DNA of 63,447 bases, counting the filler, from Hyphochytrium catenoides (lineage: Eukaryota; Protista; Hyphochytriomycota), in assembly GCA_900088475.1 (NCBI GenBank). It is 11 parts of 11 records of this genome, joined end to end, with 100 filler letters (N's around TTAATTAATTAA, not from the genome) between each part and the next. Parts side by side here need not be neighbours in the genome. Positions count along the whole stretch, not along the records: positions 22,470 to 44,800 come from FLMG01000775.1; 10 more parts are not named here. One strand, written 5' to 3'. Shown in pieces: positions 24,888 to 38,830 of this stretch. The notes beneath the pieces were generated by a model, which saw only the letters and a list, made by a program, of their open reading frames with translations, ran no database searches and had not been told where the DNA came from. Position 1 is the first letter of the stretch. The number at the start of each line of letters is the position of its first letter. Position numbers and translations under genes: made by a program.

Positions 24888-25705
24888 TTTCTCTCTCTCT
24901 CTCTGTCGTTTCTCTCTCTCGTGTCTTTCTGTTCCCCTTCTTCTTTCCATCTTTTTGCACTTGAGATGATTGCTTTTTCTTCTAGATTTTCATTCTCCTG
25001 TCTTCAGTGTGGTCGGCTCGGCATTGATTCTCTAATAATAATCTCATCTTCTTGGCCATCTCTTTGTCGTCTTCTCCCCTCTTTTTGCTCTTCTTTTCTT
25101 GTCACTGTCTCTCTCTTCCTCTGTCTCTCATCGCACCAGAGAAGGGCTGCTAGTTCTGTCATCTTCTTCTTAACTCTATCTTCCGCTCGTTATCAAGGCT
25201 ACAGAGCTTACTACCGCTCAGAAGAAGAGGACAACTGAGAAAAGGAGGGGGAGGCAAGAACAAAAGATGGTAACAGATGTGCCCTTGTCGCATTAAGAAG
25301 AGAGAGAGAAGGATAGACAAGGGTTGTCTCCTTCATATAATAAGAGAGAGAGAGAGTGATCTCAGAACAGTGCTGAGATCAGCGGCGCTGATTCTCAAGC
25401 TGCTTTCATCTCAAGAGGGAGAGGACAACAGAAAGCACCAAGGCTAGAAAGGCATGACAGCAATCCTTAGAGCGAAGTAAGAAGCTGCATGGCCGTGACA
25501 AGATTGTCTCTCTCTCCCTCTCCTGGCGCACTCTCTCTTTTTCTCCTGGTACTGCGAGTCATCATCAGTGTGGGACGTAGAAATGGTTGATCTATAGGTT
25601 ATATAGCGCAGAGCAGATCCAAAGGTGTCAGAAAGAACGACCGCCACAAAGAGAGAGAAGAGCTGGAGAAAAAGCGTCGATTCTAGCGAGCTTATATCAT
25701 GAGCT

Positions 25706-26483
25706 CTAACCGGTGGTCAAACCTCCGACGGGAGGAGAGACTCTTGACGTCTTGCCCAGGAGAAGAGAAGGACGAACTTTAGCAGTGCCTGGGGCTCCAG
25801 CGCTGTGCTCTGGCCCGCCTCCTCCTCTTGCTCCCTTTTTAACCTTTGACTTGTGCTGGAAACGGCCAAAGGGATCCACTAACATCCTGAAGACTTCTTG
25901 CTCCATCTAACAAGGGACACGTGACACAGAAGGTAAGTGAGAGAGGTGAAGAGAGTGATTGAAAGAGAGGAGAGAGAGAGAGAGAGAAAGAGAGAGAAAG
26001 AAAGAATGATGGAGAGAGGTAGAGAGGGAGAGAAGCAGGTAAAAAGGGGAGATCGTATAGAAAGTGATGGGCAGAGAAGAAGAGAAAGAGCCTCTTTTAC
26101 CTTGTCAAAGATGCTCATCGGAAGGCTGCCGTCCTTTGTCTCTGCGATGGCTGACTGAGCATTCCTGAGCGCCTCCTGCCGAGCGCCCGCGCTCACATTG
26201 ATCTGGAGGTTGGCGCCTTCTTTAACATAGGTGTCGCATGTTTTCTGCACAAACTCTACGGCTTGGTTGGGGTTGTTGGCGATCTCATTTCTATAAAGCT
26301 CCAGCTGCATGATGAACAGCATGTTCTCCACTGCAAACTCCCGGACTGAGAGAATTGATAGCGATACGGAAAGGAGGAGGCAAAGGGAGATGAGAATAGT
26401 CTTTAGAGACGAGAGGAGAAGGAGGGCGTGATAATCGAGGAGAGGTAACAGAGGGGAGAAGGCCGACATGAGAAAGACAAAAT

Positions 26484-26573
<90 letters not shown>

Positions 26574-27182
26574 AGAGAGTCAGTAAGAGAGAGAGATAGG
26601 GAGCGTGAGAGAAATGGAGACAAGAGAGAGAGAAGCAGACAGACGTTGCTCACCAAGGTACTTCTTGAACTTCAGCTGCAGCGTCGTGTTGCCCTGCAGC
26701 GTCTCCTTCAGCTCTGTGGCGTTGATAACCTTTGTCTGGGGAACATTCTCATCCTCATCGCCGTCTTCTGCCACAAAACTGCTTAGGCGTTGCGACGACG
26801 CGGAGCCGCCGCTTCCCATCGAGAGATGAGTGACAGAGAGCCGCTTGGTGGCGACATGGTGTGCTGCCTTTGTGACGGTGTACGTCACGTTGTAGAGATA
26901 GTTCGCGCAAAAGACACAGGCGAAGATGAGCTGAGAGAGAGCAGCCAGGTCGTAGAAGAGCTGGGCGTGGTTGATGAGGTTCGGGGTGAACTGCAGGAGA
27001 AGAGTCGAGATAGGAAGGTCAGGGCGAGCTAGGTGTAGATAGGGACACAGGCGAGTAGACCAATAACTTGATATTAGTCCGAGAAGTAAGAAGAAAGATA
27101 GGGAGAGGAGATGGGAAAGAAAGGAAAGCGAGAGAAAAAAACAGAGAGAAGCACGGAAAGGATTGCAAAAAGGAAGAGAGGG

Positions 27183-27220
<38 letters not shown>

Positions 27221-29120
27221 GAAGAAGAAGATGAAGAGTAGTGCGTATGATGATATGGGGGAGCAGGGAGAAGGAGGTTAATGCTAGCACTGGCAAAGAG
27301 GGAGGATAAGAGCAGCTTGAGAGCATGATGGTTATGACCACGTCCTCGACATAGAAGGACTGCCCGGCAAGAAGAGAAGACGTACATCGACTGAGAAAGA
27401 GACTCCGAGAGAGAGGATTTGAGAAGAAGAGAGGAGGAGGTGTAGGTCAGGATCTTCACCTGCTTGAGCCAGAGAGGCAGCTCCAAGAAGAGATAACAGC
27501 GCTTATTGATGGCCGTGGTCCGCGTCATCAGGCGCCTCAGGGGATAAGACTCCTTCACGTCCTTCACAAGATCTGAGACCTTCTTCATCAGTCCCAGGAC
27601 CACATAGCCGTTCAGTATACGGGTCACGAACTAGAATGAGCAAAGAGAGAGTATCGGCAGCTCTTGTCAGGACGAAAGCCTAGCAGATGGATTATTGTTG
27701 CCAAGAAGGAGAACGTCGAGACAGAGGAGTAGACTTGATAACGTAACAGATAGGACGATGAGAGACAAAAGAACAGGAGAGATATAGCTGAGAACATCGA
27801 GAGGGAAGAGAGGGAGACCTGCGCGGTTGTGAAGGAAGAGCATCGTGGGTCTGAGACTGGGAGGGTGAGCTTGTCTGTGTCTTGAAGAAAGCGGGTGAGC
27901 ATGCCAAAGCTGGTGACCACAGCCGTCACGGCAATCACGAAGAGGTCAAACTTCATGGTTCTGACGGCGACCGTAGAGAGGAAGAGAGAGTGAGCGGGGC
28001 AGAGTCTTCAAACATCAGAAGCAGCTTACTCCTTTTTTTTGCACGTCAGTCCAATAAAGAAGGGAGACCGAGCAGCGAGAGAGAAAGGAAAGGGAGAGCC
28101 AGGATACCAAGAGGAAGTAGGTAGCCTTTAGCTAAGTTCCTCCGGTCCAGCTCTCCAGGAGTGTCAAAAAGATCCAGACAAAACAGAAGAGAGTCCAGAG
28201 GACCAAGAGACAGCGAGTGGGGGAGTGGAGACAATCAGAAGACAGAAGCAAAAGGTCCTGGATAAATGTCATTAACAATGATGCAGCTGATGAGGGAGCC
28301 GTCTCAGAGCCACAGCAAAAGGGAGAGAGAGAGACAGATGCAAAGGATCATAGAAGATGCACCCACTTGAGGATCTCCCGGTTCCTGAGGAACCAACTGT
28401 GGTGCTCTCCTTTCTCCAGAGCGTACTGTGCATTGTAGGAGATGAAGGTCCGGAAGGTGATGGAGAATGCAAGCCCTAGAGATGCCAAAGAAAGTGCCGT
28501 CTGTTAACCCGTTTGCCTCTCAGCCTTCGTCTTCTCATACTATAAGGGAAAGCAATGAACAAGGAGAGTGCCCACTGGCTGGGAAGGAGAAGAAGAAGAA
28601 GAGGAAGCTAGACTATTTCTATGAATGCCCTCCCGCACTTACCCGAAGCGACGAGATAGGTCCAGTTATTCACCAGGAGATGCAGCCAACAGGGCATGGA
28701 CGGAACCATCAGGAAGTGAGTGTACGCAAAGAAGCTCATCGGTGTCGCGATCACTAGCGCTGCGTACACAGGGACGTACAGCAAGGACACAGGGAATATC
28801 TTCCGATAGCGCAGGAGGCGGTAGAGTACAAGGCTGACGAGGGCACTGAGGCCGACTAGATAGAAGATAGAGAAGTAGAGGGCCCAGTCCCCTGTTGTCT
28901 TGATTGGATAGTTGGTCACGCAAGGGTTGGGCAGGTAGGAGGTAGAGTTGCAGTTTGCAATCCCTGGCGGCGAACCAAAGTCATGAGTGTAGGAGAGAGG
29001 AGGTGGGGTTGGGTCCGCGCTGGGCTCAGGGCTGTCTGCAACACCGCCTGTCGCGTCCTCCTCATGATGGTTGTTGGTCGAGCCAGCAGCGATGGTCCTG
29101 GAGGCGGTAAGAAAGTTCAT
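25706..29120 (-). CDS. 7TM-like membrane protein fused to C-terminal RGS domain, copy 1 (560 aa)
   Basis: Exons 29120-28643, 28475-28367, 27960-27819, 27630-27460, 26990-26654, 26345-26101, 25906-25706 total 1683 nt in frame. About 7 hydrophobic segments, then the RGS box FKKYLVREFAVENMLF...YVKEGANLQINVS...IFDKMEQEVFRMLVDPFGRF. Confidence 0.9.
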
Positions 29121-29541
29121 TTGCTCGGGACTTGGGGCTTTGACGACACGTTCTTAAGAAATGGAGCTGAGGCAGTGATTTTTTTTCCTTTCCCTGAAGT
29201 GAATCTCCTTCAAATAAGTAAGGCGCTCTAACCTGTCTCCTGTGTGTATAGCACTAGATTGGAGCGACCCTGTGCCGCCAGACGAGATAATAGAGATGCT
29301 ACGAGGATCACCCTTGCCTACTTTGTCTCCGGTACTATCCTTCATTTCTCTATCCATTCTTCCGCCAACCTGCATGACCCATGGACTCCAGCAAGTGCGC
29401 TGCTTCTGGACCGGCTGCGCCGACCAGCAGTGCCTGATGGGTCTTGAGATGGGTGCGCGCCTGACGTTTAGGATGATGGGCTTGTGGGCTGGCAAGACTT
29501 CCCGTCGCCGTCTGACTCTTCCCCATCCCCACTATCCCCTA

Positions 29542-29609
<68 letters not shown>

Positions 29610-31156
29610 CACTCTCTTCTCTTTGGCTGCATGTCTCTGTCTCTATTCGTCTTTCCTCTCTCTCTCTCTCTCTCTCTCTCTGTCTATCACTTTATTGGTC
29701 TCTCCCGTCCTTCTCTTCTCCATAGCTTTTGGGCCCTCCATCGCCCCCCATCACCAACCTGCTTGTAACGGACGGGTGTGGGTGGGACCGAAGTCAGGAG
29801 CCGTGGAGCACACATATATTATGGGAGCATGGCCTTCCACCCACCCATCACTCTCAAGGCTGGTAGCCTGAACGTCTGTTTTGGTATTCTTGGGCGTCGA
29901 ATAAGACAGAGTGCCTCCGATCTTAGACTTTCCAGGAGTATAAGAGCGGCGGGACATACAAGTAGAAGCGGTTTGGCGCGCTGGTCAGTGGTGCACTCAC
30001 GGCTCCAGGCAGCCCAGAGGCCAAGCCACTGGCCGAGCAGGGCAGTTAGGGTGCCGGGACAGGCAGACAGACACGCAGAAGGACAAGTCGGGAGCAAAGC
30101 AAGCCAACTAAGCCGCAGAGGGAGAGAAGAGACGGTAGGACGGACACCGGTAGGGTCCGAGGATGGAGTTAAAAAAGGGGAGAGACAGCACTTCCTGCTC
30201 AAGCTCCTCCTTCTTCTCTCACTGGGTGAAGGATGACATGACAAGATGTGCTGCAAACCATGTACCTTCTTGCTCGTTTGTCTTGCTGCCTAGGTTTTTA
30301 AAAGAAAGAATCCTGCTTGATATACCAGAGCCACCAGGCTATGGAGTTGTTTTGGCCTCCTCATGCACAGTCGCTGATGGATGGCAACCCTCACCGCCCG
30401 CCGTTTAGGTTTATGGTAGCCGGAGTCTCATCCTTCCTTTAGTTCAGTCGGATGTGAGCATCCTGCTTGTTTTCTCCTGAGGGCTTGTGATCTTGAGAAA
30501 TTAAGCACTCTGCTTCGTCCAAAGGGAAGGAGAGTGTGAGAGGGCCACAATAAGCCGCAGGAAAGTGGCGGGATTAATAGGCGCAATCAGCGAGAAAGGG
30601 AGGACCCTTCGCGAATGCAAAGAGTTCTGCCTTCTCTTTGTCTAGCTTCCTGAAGATTGCTACTTAAGATCAAAGGGCTCCATGCAGTTATCTCACATTC
30701 CTTCCTTCAGTATGTCTCCATCTGCGCCCATCCATGTTCTCGCTAGTCCTAATACGCATGTCTCCCAATAGAGTAAATAGAGGCAGAAGTGGAAGGACTA
30801 CTGCTGAGTTTGATTGGCGGAGATGCAGCGCCGGTAGCAGGGCTGCTAGTAGACAGTGCTACAAGTGAACTGTGCCTTCTTGGATATATATGTATAGTGC
30901 TTCAGTCCCCGCTTCCAACGTGCTGTCACACTCACCCTACCGCGAGTAAAAAATGAATATAGTGCGGTCTATATGTAATAGCTATACTACTGGTACATGG
31001 CACTCTGTGGTGAGTTCCTCTGCTCGCAAGTATCTCGTCGGTAGCAAAACAGGAGCTTCACCCCCAAAATTGAGGCAATCCATCAGCCCAGCGGCAGGTT
31101 GAAAGACTTATCCAAAGAATGTAAAAGTGGTTCCTAGCTAGGGTTGATGACAGCGG

Positions 31157-31375
31157 CTAAGACCCACTGGTGTCCCCAATAATAGGCGGGGACACCTTGG
31201 ACATCTTGCCCCGCACCACGGATAACTTGGCCTTGACTTCCGCTGGGGATCCTCCTTCCTCCTCTGCAGATGGCCCCACTTTCTTGGCTGCTCCTCCTCC
31301 TCCCTGGTGCGCCTTTGACTTGTGCTGAAATCGTCCGAAAGGATCCACTAGCATCTTAAAGACTTCTTGCTCCAT

Positions 31376-31412
<37 letters not shown>

Positions 31413-33965
31413 CCAGAATGGAGCTATGTCAAGAGAGGAACAAAGTCGTGCAATCATTTCGCTAAGTGATGTTGTTGATGAGGCCAAACGGTAACCCTAA
31501 GGAACAAACAAGTGCGTTTACCTTGTCAAAAATAGTTAGGGGAAGTCTGCCGTCCTTTGTCTCTGCGATGGCTGACTGGGCATTCCTGAGCGTCTCCAGC
31601 CGAGCGCCCGCGCTCACATTGATCTGGAGGTTGGCGCCTTCTTTAACATAGGTATCGCATGTCTTCTGCACAAACTCTACGGCTTGGTTGGGGTTGTTGG
31701 CGATCTCATTTCTATAAAGCTCCAGCTGCATGATGAACAGCATGTTCTCCACTGCAAACTCCCGGACTGACAAAAGAAAAAGAAGAGACAACAGGGGAGG
31801 GAGGTCGGTCGAAATTAGTTCCTGGAACGAGACCTCCATATCAGTCAATGTAACTAGCCGAAGACGAAGGAGGTGCACTCGTTGCCAGTAGTACTGAGAG
31901 GCAGCGCCCTGGTAGTATGACTTCCTAGTCTATCACCGGCGCTAAGAAGAACATATGAGAGAAACAGAAGCCCCGACTGGTGGGACATCGGGTGACTGAT
32001 AGCTCACCCAGATACTTCTTGAACTTGTTCTGCAACGGAGTATTTCCCTGGAGCATCTCCTTGAGCTCGGACGCATTATTCACTTTTGCCTGAGGTATCT
32101 CAACGTCTTCGTCGCCGTCTTCCCCTGCCGCTCTGCCGCTGCTTTTGGATTGGAGGCTTCCACGGGACAGATGAGTCGCAGAAAGACGCTTGGTAGCAAT
32201 GTTGTGCGCCGACTGAGTGACAGTGTAGGGCAGATTGTACAAATAATTTGTACAGAAGACAATGGCGAAGATGAGCTGGGAAAAAGCCGCCAGATCGTAG
32301 AAGAGCTGAGCGTGGTTGACGAGGTTCGGTGTAAACTGGTCGTAGTGCAACGGTAAAAAAAAGCGTTAGCAACAGTGAGAAGTTGAACACGAGCACTGAA
32401 TCCCAACGACGGAGCTAGCCGGTAGCAGAAGGCGAAGGCAGAACAAGGAGAAAGAATCTTTTGTCTTAACAAGTGGAGAAAAGCGAGGAAGGTGGCCCAC
32501 AGAGAGAGAAGAATGCAATCAACAAGACGAGGAAGTCCATATTATCTTCCGACCTGCTTGATCCAGAGAGGCAACTCAATAAAGAGATAGACGCGCTTGT
32601 TGATGCCAGTGACCCGGGTGTATAAACGGCGCAAGGGATAGGACTCCTTCACATCCTTCACCAAGTCGGCTACCTTCTTCATCAAACCCAGAACCAGGTA
32701 GCCGTTCAGTATCCGCGCAACAAACTGCCGGATAACCGTGCAAAAAAGGTAAGGAATGGTTTTGTGAGGGAGGGTTAAGGGCGGAAATCAGCGGTCGGCC
32801 CTCAACCGAAGGAAGCTCTTGTTAGATGCGATGATAAAGGGAGGGAGAGCATTTTTAGAGCTCAAGAGAGTTATCAAGAGAGATAATAACAAACAAAGGA
32901 GCTACTCGAGCGACAAAGAAGACGACCTATAGTACCTGTCCAGTGGTCATCGAGGAACAGCGCACGTCTGAGACCGTCAACGTCAGCTTTTCCGGATCTT
33001 GCAGGAAGCGCGTGAGCATTCCAAAGCAGCTGATGATAGCTGTAACAGCGACTACGAAGAGATCAAACTTCATGCCCCTGCTCACAGAGGTATTGAAGAT
33101 TTGAAGAAGGACGCAACTTTTAGCGGTGGCTCTACTGGTTCTTCTCGATACAAAGCAGGATTTGCACATACTTCAGAATATCTTTGTTCCTGATGAACCA
33201 GCTATTGAAATCTCCTTTCTCGAGAGCGTACTGCCCGTTGTACTGAATGAACGCTCTGAATGTGATCGAGAATGCAAGACCTGGCACAAAGAGATGGTTG
33301 AGAGAGAGAGGTCATTGAGAGCTTGATAGGGAAGCTAGAAGGGGCGGATACTTCATAGAATGGCGCTAGGGGAAGATGTCACGTTTCCCCGCTCTCTTGA
33401 TAATGCGGGGCAATGTTAGGCCGCGACATGTCGATATCAAGTAGAGGTGGAAAGTTGAAGGCTGGCAAAGAAAGAAGAATGGCCTCACGCAACTGGAGAG
33501 AGAGGCTAGGACGTCTGTTAGTAGTTGGGAGGAGGAAGTTGTCTCACCTGCCGGGACGAGGTACTGCCAATTTCCAAGCAGCAGATGCAGCCAGCACGGC
33601 ATGGACGGTATCAGGAGGGAGTGAGTATAGGCGAGAAATGTGACTGGAGTAACACTCGCCATGGCTGCGTACACTGGGACATAGAGCAGGGAGACCGGAA
33701 AGGTAGTTCTATATCGTACCAGCCGGTAGACGAGGAAGATGACGAAGCTGGTGAGGAATATGAAATAGATGATAGCGAAGTAGAAGGCCCAATTCCCAGT
33801 TGTTACGGAGGGAAAATTGCTGACGCAAGGGTTCGGGAGGTAAGTGGTAGAGTTGCAGCTTGCCACCCCTGGCGGGAGCGTAAACGTTGGTGGATCAGCT
33901 GAGTCTGCCGCCGATTCAGGGTCATTAGTACGAGTGCTGGGCACTAAGATAGTCGTGACCGTCAT
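31157..33965 (-). CDS. 7TM-RGS fusion, copy 2
   Basis: Same seven exons and intron phases as copy 1. Start MTVTTILVP (33965), RGS exon 31766-31522, last exon MEQEVFKMLVDPFGRFQHK...MSKVSPPIIGDTSGS*. Confidence 0.9.
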
Positions 33966-36145
33966 CCTATATGTCCGATGATCGTGATTCCTAACCAAAC
34001 AAGCCCTCACGACCAGTGAAAGAGACAGAAGAGGTAGAGAGCAGCAGCAGTGTCGGGAGAAAGAAATGACCAGCAAGACGAATTGTAGCTCTCCCCTACT
34101 TCCTGGCAGCAGTCGCTGGACTACCCTTTGGGCCTCCTAGAGCTTCCTAGTGCAATTGGAGTCTATCTGTAGCGTCCAAGGTTAAGCATCAAGGTTAAGC
34201 ATCATCCCAAGCAACACGAGCTAACTAAAGGAAAGTGCCGACCAAGGCAGGAGCGAGACTTGAGATCCAAACTAGAGGAAAAGAGGAATGCTCTAGGGCA
34301 TTTTTTGTAAAATAAATAACTCTTCTGCCTGAGCCCTGCTATCAGATGTCGGCGTGCTGAGCTGAGAGATGTGATTGTTAATCTACACGAAGGGCTCGTC
34401 CTCCAACATACATCCCTCTTGCAAGGCACATTCGTCCTTGTTCCAAAACTAATACCCTCTTTTGATCTTAAGTTGGCATTATGCTCACACCTCCAGTCCT
34501 CTTCCTGCTCTCCCTTCTCTTCTACCGTACAGCCCACGCATCCCTCCTCCTCCCTCGCTAAGTCGAAGTATGCTTCCCTTCCGCTGGCATTGCTTTCTTC
34601 GATAGTAGATCTAACAGGAGAGGGAACCAAGGGAAGCAGAAGAGAGATGGAAAGAAGACCAAGAACCCTGGTGTTAGGTTCGATGAGAGCCTTCCTCCTC
34701 CATGCACTTCCTACTTTCTTCTCACCTGGGTAGGTCGCTCGCTCCCCTCTCTCTCCTCTCCTCCCCTCTCTCTCTTCTCCCCTCTCTCTTCTCTCCTCTC
34801 CTCCCCTCTCTCTCTTCTCCCCTCTCTCTCCTCTCCTCTCCTTCCCTAGCTCTCTGCTCCCATCTGCCCTGCTTCGTGCTTGAGGCCTTGAGGCCTGTCG
34901 CTTCCCTTCCCCTTCCCGCTGGCCCATCGCCGCCCCTCCCACCCGCCGCAGTGTAACGGCCACTGGGCGCGTGGCCTGGGGGATGTCTGCCGCTCCTAGT
35001 ATTACTACTGCACGCAGTTCCAGCTTCTCAAGTATTACTAAAATGACCATTACTATGACTTTGCCCTCTAGAAAGAGTGTCAGTGGGAGAAAGGAGTTTT
35101 TTCTACAAATAAAGACCTCATGAACTGCGAGGCGGAGGGCGGGTGGGTGTGGAGGAGGAACAAGGTAAGTGCACTATTTGCTGGTTGGTGGTGGTGGTCA
35201 GGGGGCGAGGAAGGGGAGAGGGAGGTCATAATAGCCAGCGAGAAGGGGAAAGGACGGCACCAATGATTGAAGGCTGACAGTCAGACCCACATCGCCAAGG
35301 AAGACCGAGGAAGAACGAGAGGCCGCAGGTAAAGGGTGGCTCGTAAGTGGAGGACAGCAGACAGGGACCCACGAGAGAGGAATAAGACAGAGAAGAGGGG
35401 GAGAGGTAATTATGTAGGGGTGCGTTGAGCGAGGAGAGAAGAGGGAGGGGACGGTCAATAACGTAGACCAGGAAAGCTGGAGAGTGTGCTGATGGACCGG
35501 CGTAGGGCAGCACCACCTGCTCCTGGTGCCTGTAGATCGTGTATTTTCCTCCTACTTTTCTATAGGATAGGGCAGGAGGAGAGTACATGTTGCAGCTGCA
35601 CAATGTATGGAGAGCTCTACCCGACTACTTATAGCTGTCTTCTTGCTCTCCTTTTCTCTGATGAACTCGCTTACTTCCCGAGAAAGCTAGCCATAAAGCC
35701 CGTTGAGCTCGATAGTAAGTGTCGGAGGAGCACTTGAAATCGTTTCTCTTGCTGTCTAATTATCAGAGAGCATCAGTCAAGGGGTATGGGGTGGAACCGC
35801 ACTACTCCATGAGAGAATAGCGACGCGAGGAGCGGGAGAACTGCATCTATCTCTAACAAAGAGAGAATGGGAAGAACATGGGCACTTGTTGATTGGTACC
35901 TCACCCTTCTGGACGATGGAAGAGAGAAGAATAACTTTCTATTACGTGTCACGTTCTCTTCAGCTAAGCATAGCCAGGGGAGACTGCTGGTGCCCGTGTA
36001 TCGCTTAAATGGTTTAAAGAGGAGAATAATGAACGCTTGCCTTAAGCGCAAGGAAGCAGAACAAGGGAGGGCGAGGGCGAAGAGAAAGAAGAATGAACAT
36101 CGTCGTATCTTACAGGAACATCATGGAGGCGCTAATGAGGAAGCA

Positions 36146-38830
36146 CTATTGCTGATTGGTGCTCCCCGTCAACAGCTCGCCCAAGGGAGGAGAAACTTGA
36201 CTGGGCTTCTTTTTCGAGAAAAGAGAGGGTCGCTCTATTTTAGACCTGTGGCTTGAACCCTCGGCGCTGTTTGCGTTGGTCTCTATCGGCCTCACTGTCA
36301 CTGTCTGCCCACTCCCCTTTGTAGCTCCTCGGGCCCCAAACTTGTGCTGAAAGCGACCGAACGGGTCAACCAACATCTTGAATACTTCTTGCTCCATCTA
36401 AGAAATGTAATCATGGGCAAAGACCCGAGCGCGTGTCATCAACAAGCTATCCAAGATAGTGTGGATGAATAATATAGGGCTAAAATACCTTGTCAAATAT
36501 ATTGAGAGGTAGCCTTCCATCCTTGGTCTCTGCAATGGCTGACTGGGCATTCCTTATGGTCTCTTGCCGCGCGCCTGCACTGACGTTGATTTGCAGATTG
36601 GCACCTTCCTTCACATAAGTGTCGCATGTCTTTTGAACGAACTCCACAGCTTGGCTGGGGTTGCTAGCTATCTCCTTTCTATAAAGCTCAAGCTGCATGA
36701 TGAACAGCATATTCTCCACCGCGAACTCTCGAACTAGAGGTTACCAATGATGTCAGCAAGGGGGCAACAAGGAAGAAGCAAGTAGGGAAGTGGAGGAAAG
36801 CAGAGTTGTCGTGAACGCTTGATCATGTAGGCTCTGGTGCCACAGAGCAGGTAGGGGAGATGACGCTAGACAGGAGGAGGTGGCTAGAAGGAAAGAGTGA
36901 GCAGGAATTTACCGAGGTATTTCTTGAACTTGTTCTGGAGCGTAGTGTTTCCTTGAAGAACGTCTTTCAGTTCGCTCGCGTTATTGATTTTAATCTGGGG
37001 AACGCCTTCACCATCATCCTCCCCTTCTTCGTTTGCAGCAAAGCTGGAGCTGCGCTTGGAGGCAGCCGAAGTGCCTGCGTTGATTAAACGAGAGGCCGAA
37101 TGGCGTTTGGTGGCGACGTTATGTGCTGCCCTGGTGATGTTGTAGGGCAGGTGGTACATATAGTTGATGCAGAAAATAACTGCAAATATGAGCTGGGATA
37201 GCGCCGCCAAGTCGTACCATAGCTGGGCGTGGTCTATGAGGTTGGGAACAAACTAGAGGCCACACAAGAGGATCACTTTTAGTTGTTCACGAATGATTAG
37301 CATGGCAAGGATGTAGCACGAGGATCTGCGGCCGTTACATACAGGCGCATACGATAAACGAGTGCCACGGACCTGCTTCAGCCAGAGTGGAAGCTCTATG
37401 AACAGGTAGGCGCGTTTGTTGATGACAGCGATGCGGTTATAGAGATGTCTCATTGGAAAGGACTCCTTCACTTCCTTGTAGAGGTCTGCCACCTTTTTCA
37501 TCAGCCCCAAGACTAGATAGCCATTCAGTATCCTGGCCACAAACTACAAAGCACACAACACAAGTATGAGAAGAAGGGCCAAGCAAAGGTGTCCTACAGC
37601 TTTAAGGACTATTATCGAAGCAAGTACCCTTTGGGGCAACGCGAAAATACTATGACATGGGCTTCCTCCGCTATCCATAGTTCAAAAATTATGCGGAAGG
37701 AAGAAAGTCCCACGGCTGCATGGTGATCATACCTGAGCCGTAGTGAAGGAGGAGCAGCGTGGATCAGAAACGGGGAGATTCAGCTTCTCAGTATCTTGCA
37801 GCAAACGGGTGAGCATGCCGAAGCTAGTCAGCACAGCAGTAACAGAGACCACCATGACGTCAAACTTGATGGTCCTGCTCTCAAAAGAAGTCCGTTGAGC
37901 GGCAGAGGAAGACGTTAGGAAATAGAAAAAAAGAAGAAGCCAAAACGGCAACCACGTATTCCAATGACCGTAGCCCTAGAAAGGGGAATGAGCAGGTAAA
38001 TGTGCGGGCAAGGAGAACGATGCTATACTGAAAGTCTTCAATCATTGGAGGAACTGAGGCCCGATCCGTTGACCACATACTTCAGTAGCTCTCTTTGCCT
38101 GACAAACCAGTTATTCTGCTCCCCTTTTTCTAGTGCATACTGAGAGTTGTACTGGATGAAGGCTCTGAAGGTGATCGAAAACGCAACTCCTACAGTTTGT
38201 CATTCAACGGGAGTCAGGTGGCGCAGCTGCTTATCAATGTCAATAGTAAATATTGGAGTGAAGAAGAAAAAGAGAAAGGACCAAAGTGCACCTTTGCAGG
38301 AGGAGTGAGCCAAGGAAAAGAGAGACAACCGACGCTCCCGGAGGAGACAATAAAGGGGGACAGCGCCGCGGTTGCTCTTCCCTCCGGCTATGCTTACCTG
38401 CGGCCACTAAGTATGTCCAGCTGCTAATAATGATATGCAGCCAGCAAGGCATGGAAGGAATGAGTAAGGGGTGAGAGTAAGCGAAGAAACTCACGGGGGT
38501 GACGCCGACCATGGCAGCATTCACCGGAACAAAAAGCAACGAGACAGGAAAGACCCGGCGATAGCGCACAAGGCGGAATATTACGAAGCTGGCGAAGGAG
38601 GTGAGTCCAATAAGGTAGAGAACAGAGAAATAGAATGCCCAGTCGCCTGTTGTCTTGCTAGGGTAATTCATCACACAGGGATTGGGCAGGTATGATGTAG
38701 ACTTGCAGCTGGATATCCCAGGGAAAGGACTGGCAGTCGAGGGCGAGAGTGAGCTACCCTCATCTGCAGCAGGTACAATGCCATCAGTCAGGCCACCAGG
38801 GTCAACCGAAGAGAAGAAGGCGGTGTCCAT
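36146..38830 (-). CDS. 7TM-RGS fusion, copy 3
   Basis: Same exon architecture: MDTAFFSS...YLPNPCV...PCWLH...VREFAVENMLF...QINVS...DPFGRFQHK...SQVSPPLGELLTGSTNQQ*. Confidence 0.9.

Noticed and set aside
34177-34202. 13-bp direct repeat caaggttaagcat upstream of RGS copy 2 as a promoter element
   Set aside because: Not seen upstream of the other copies; compatible with a simple slippage duplication.
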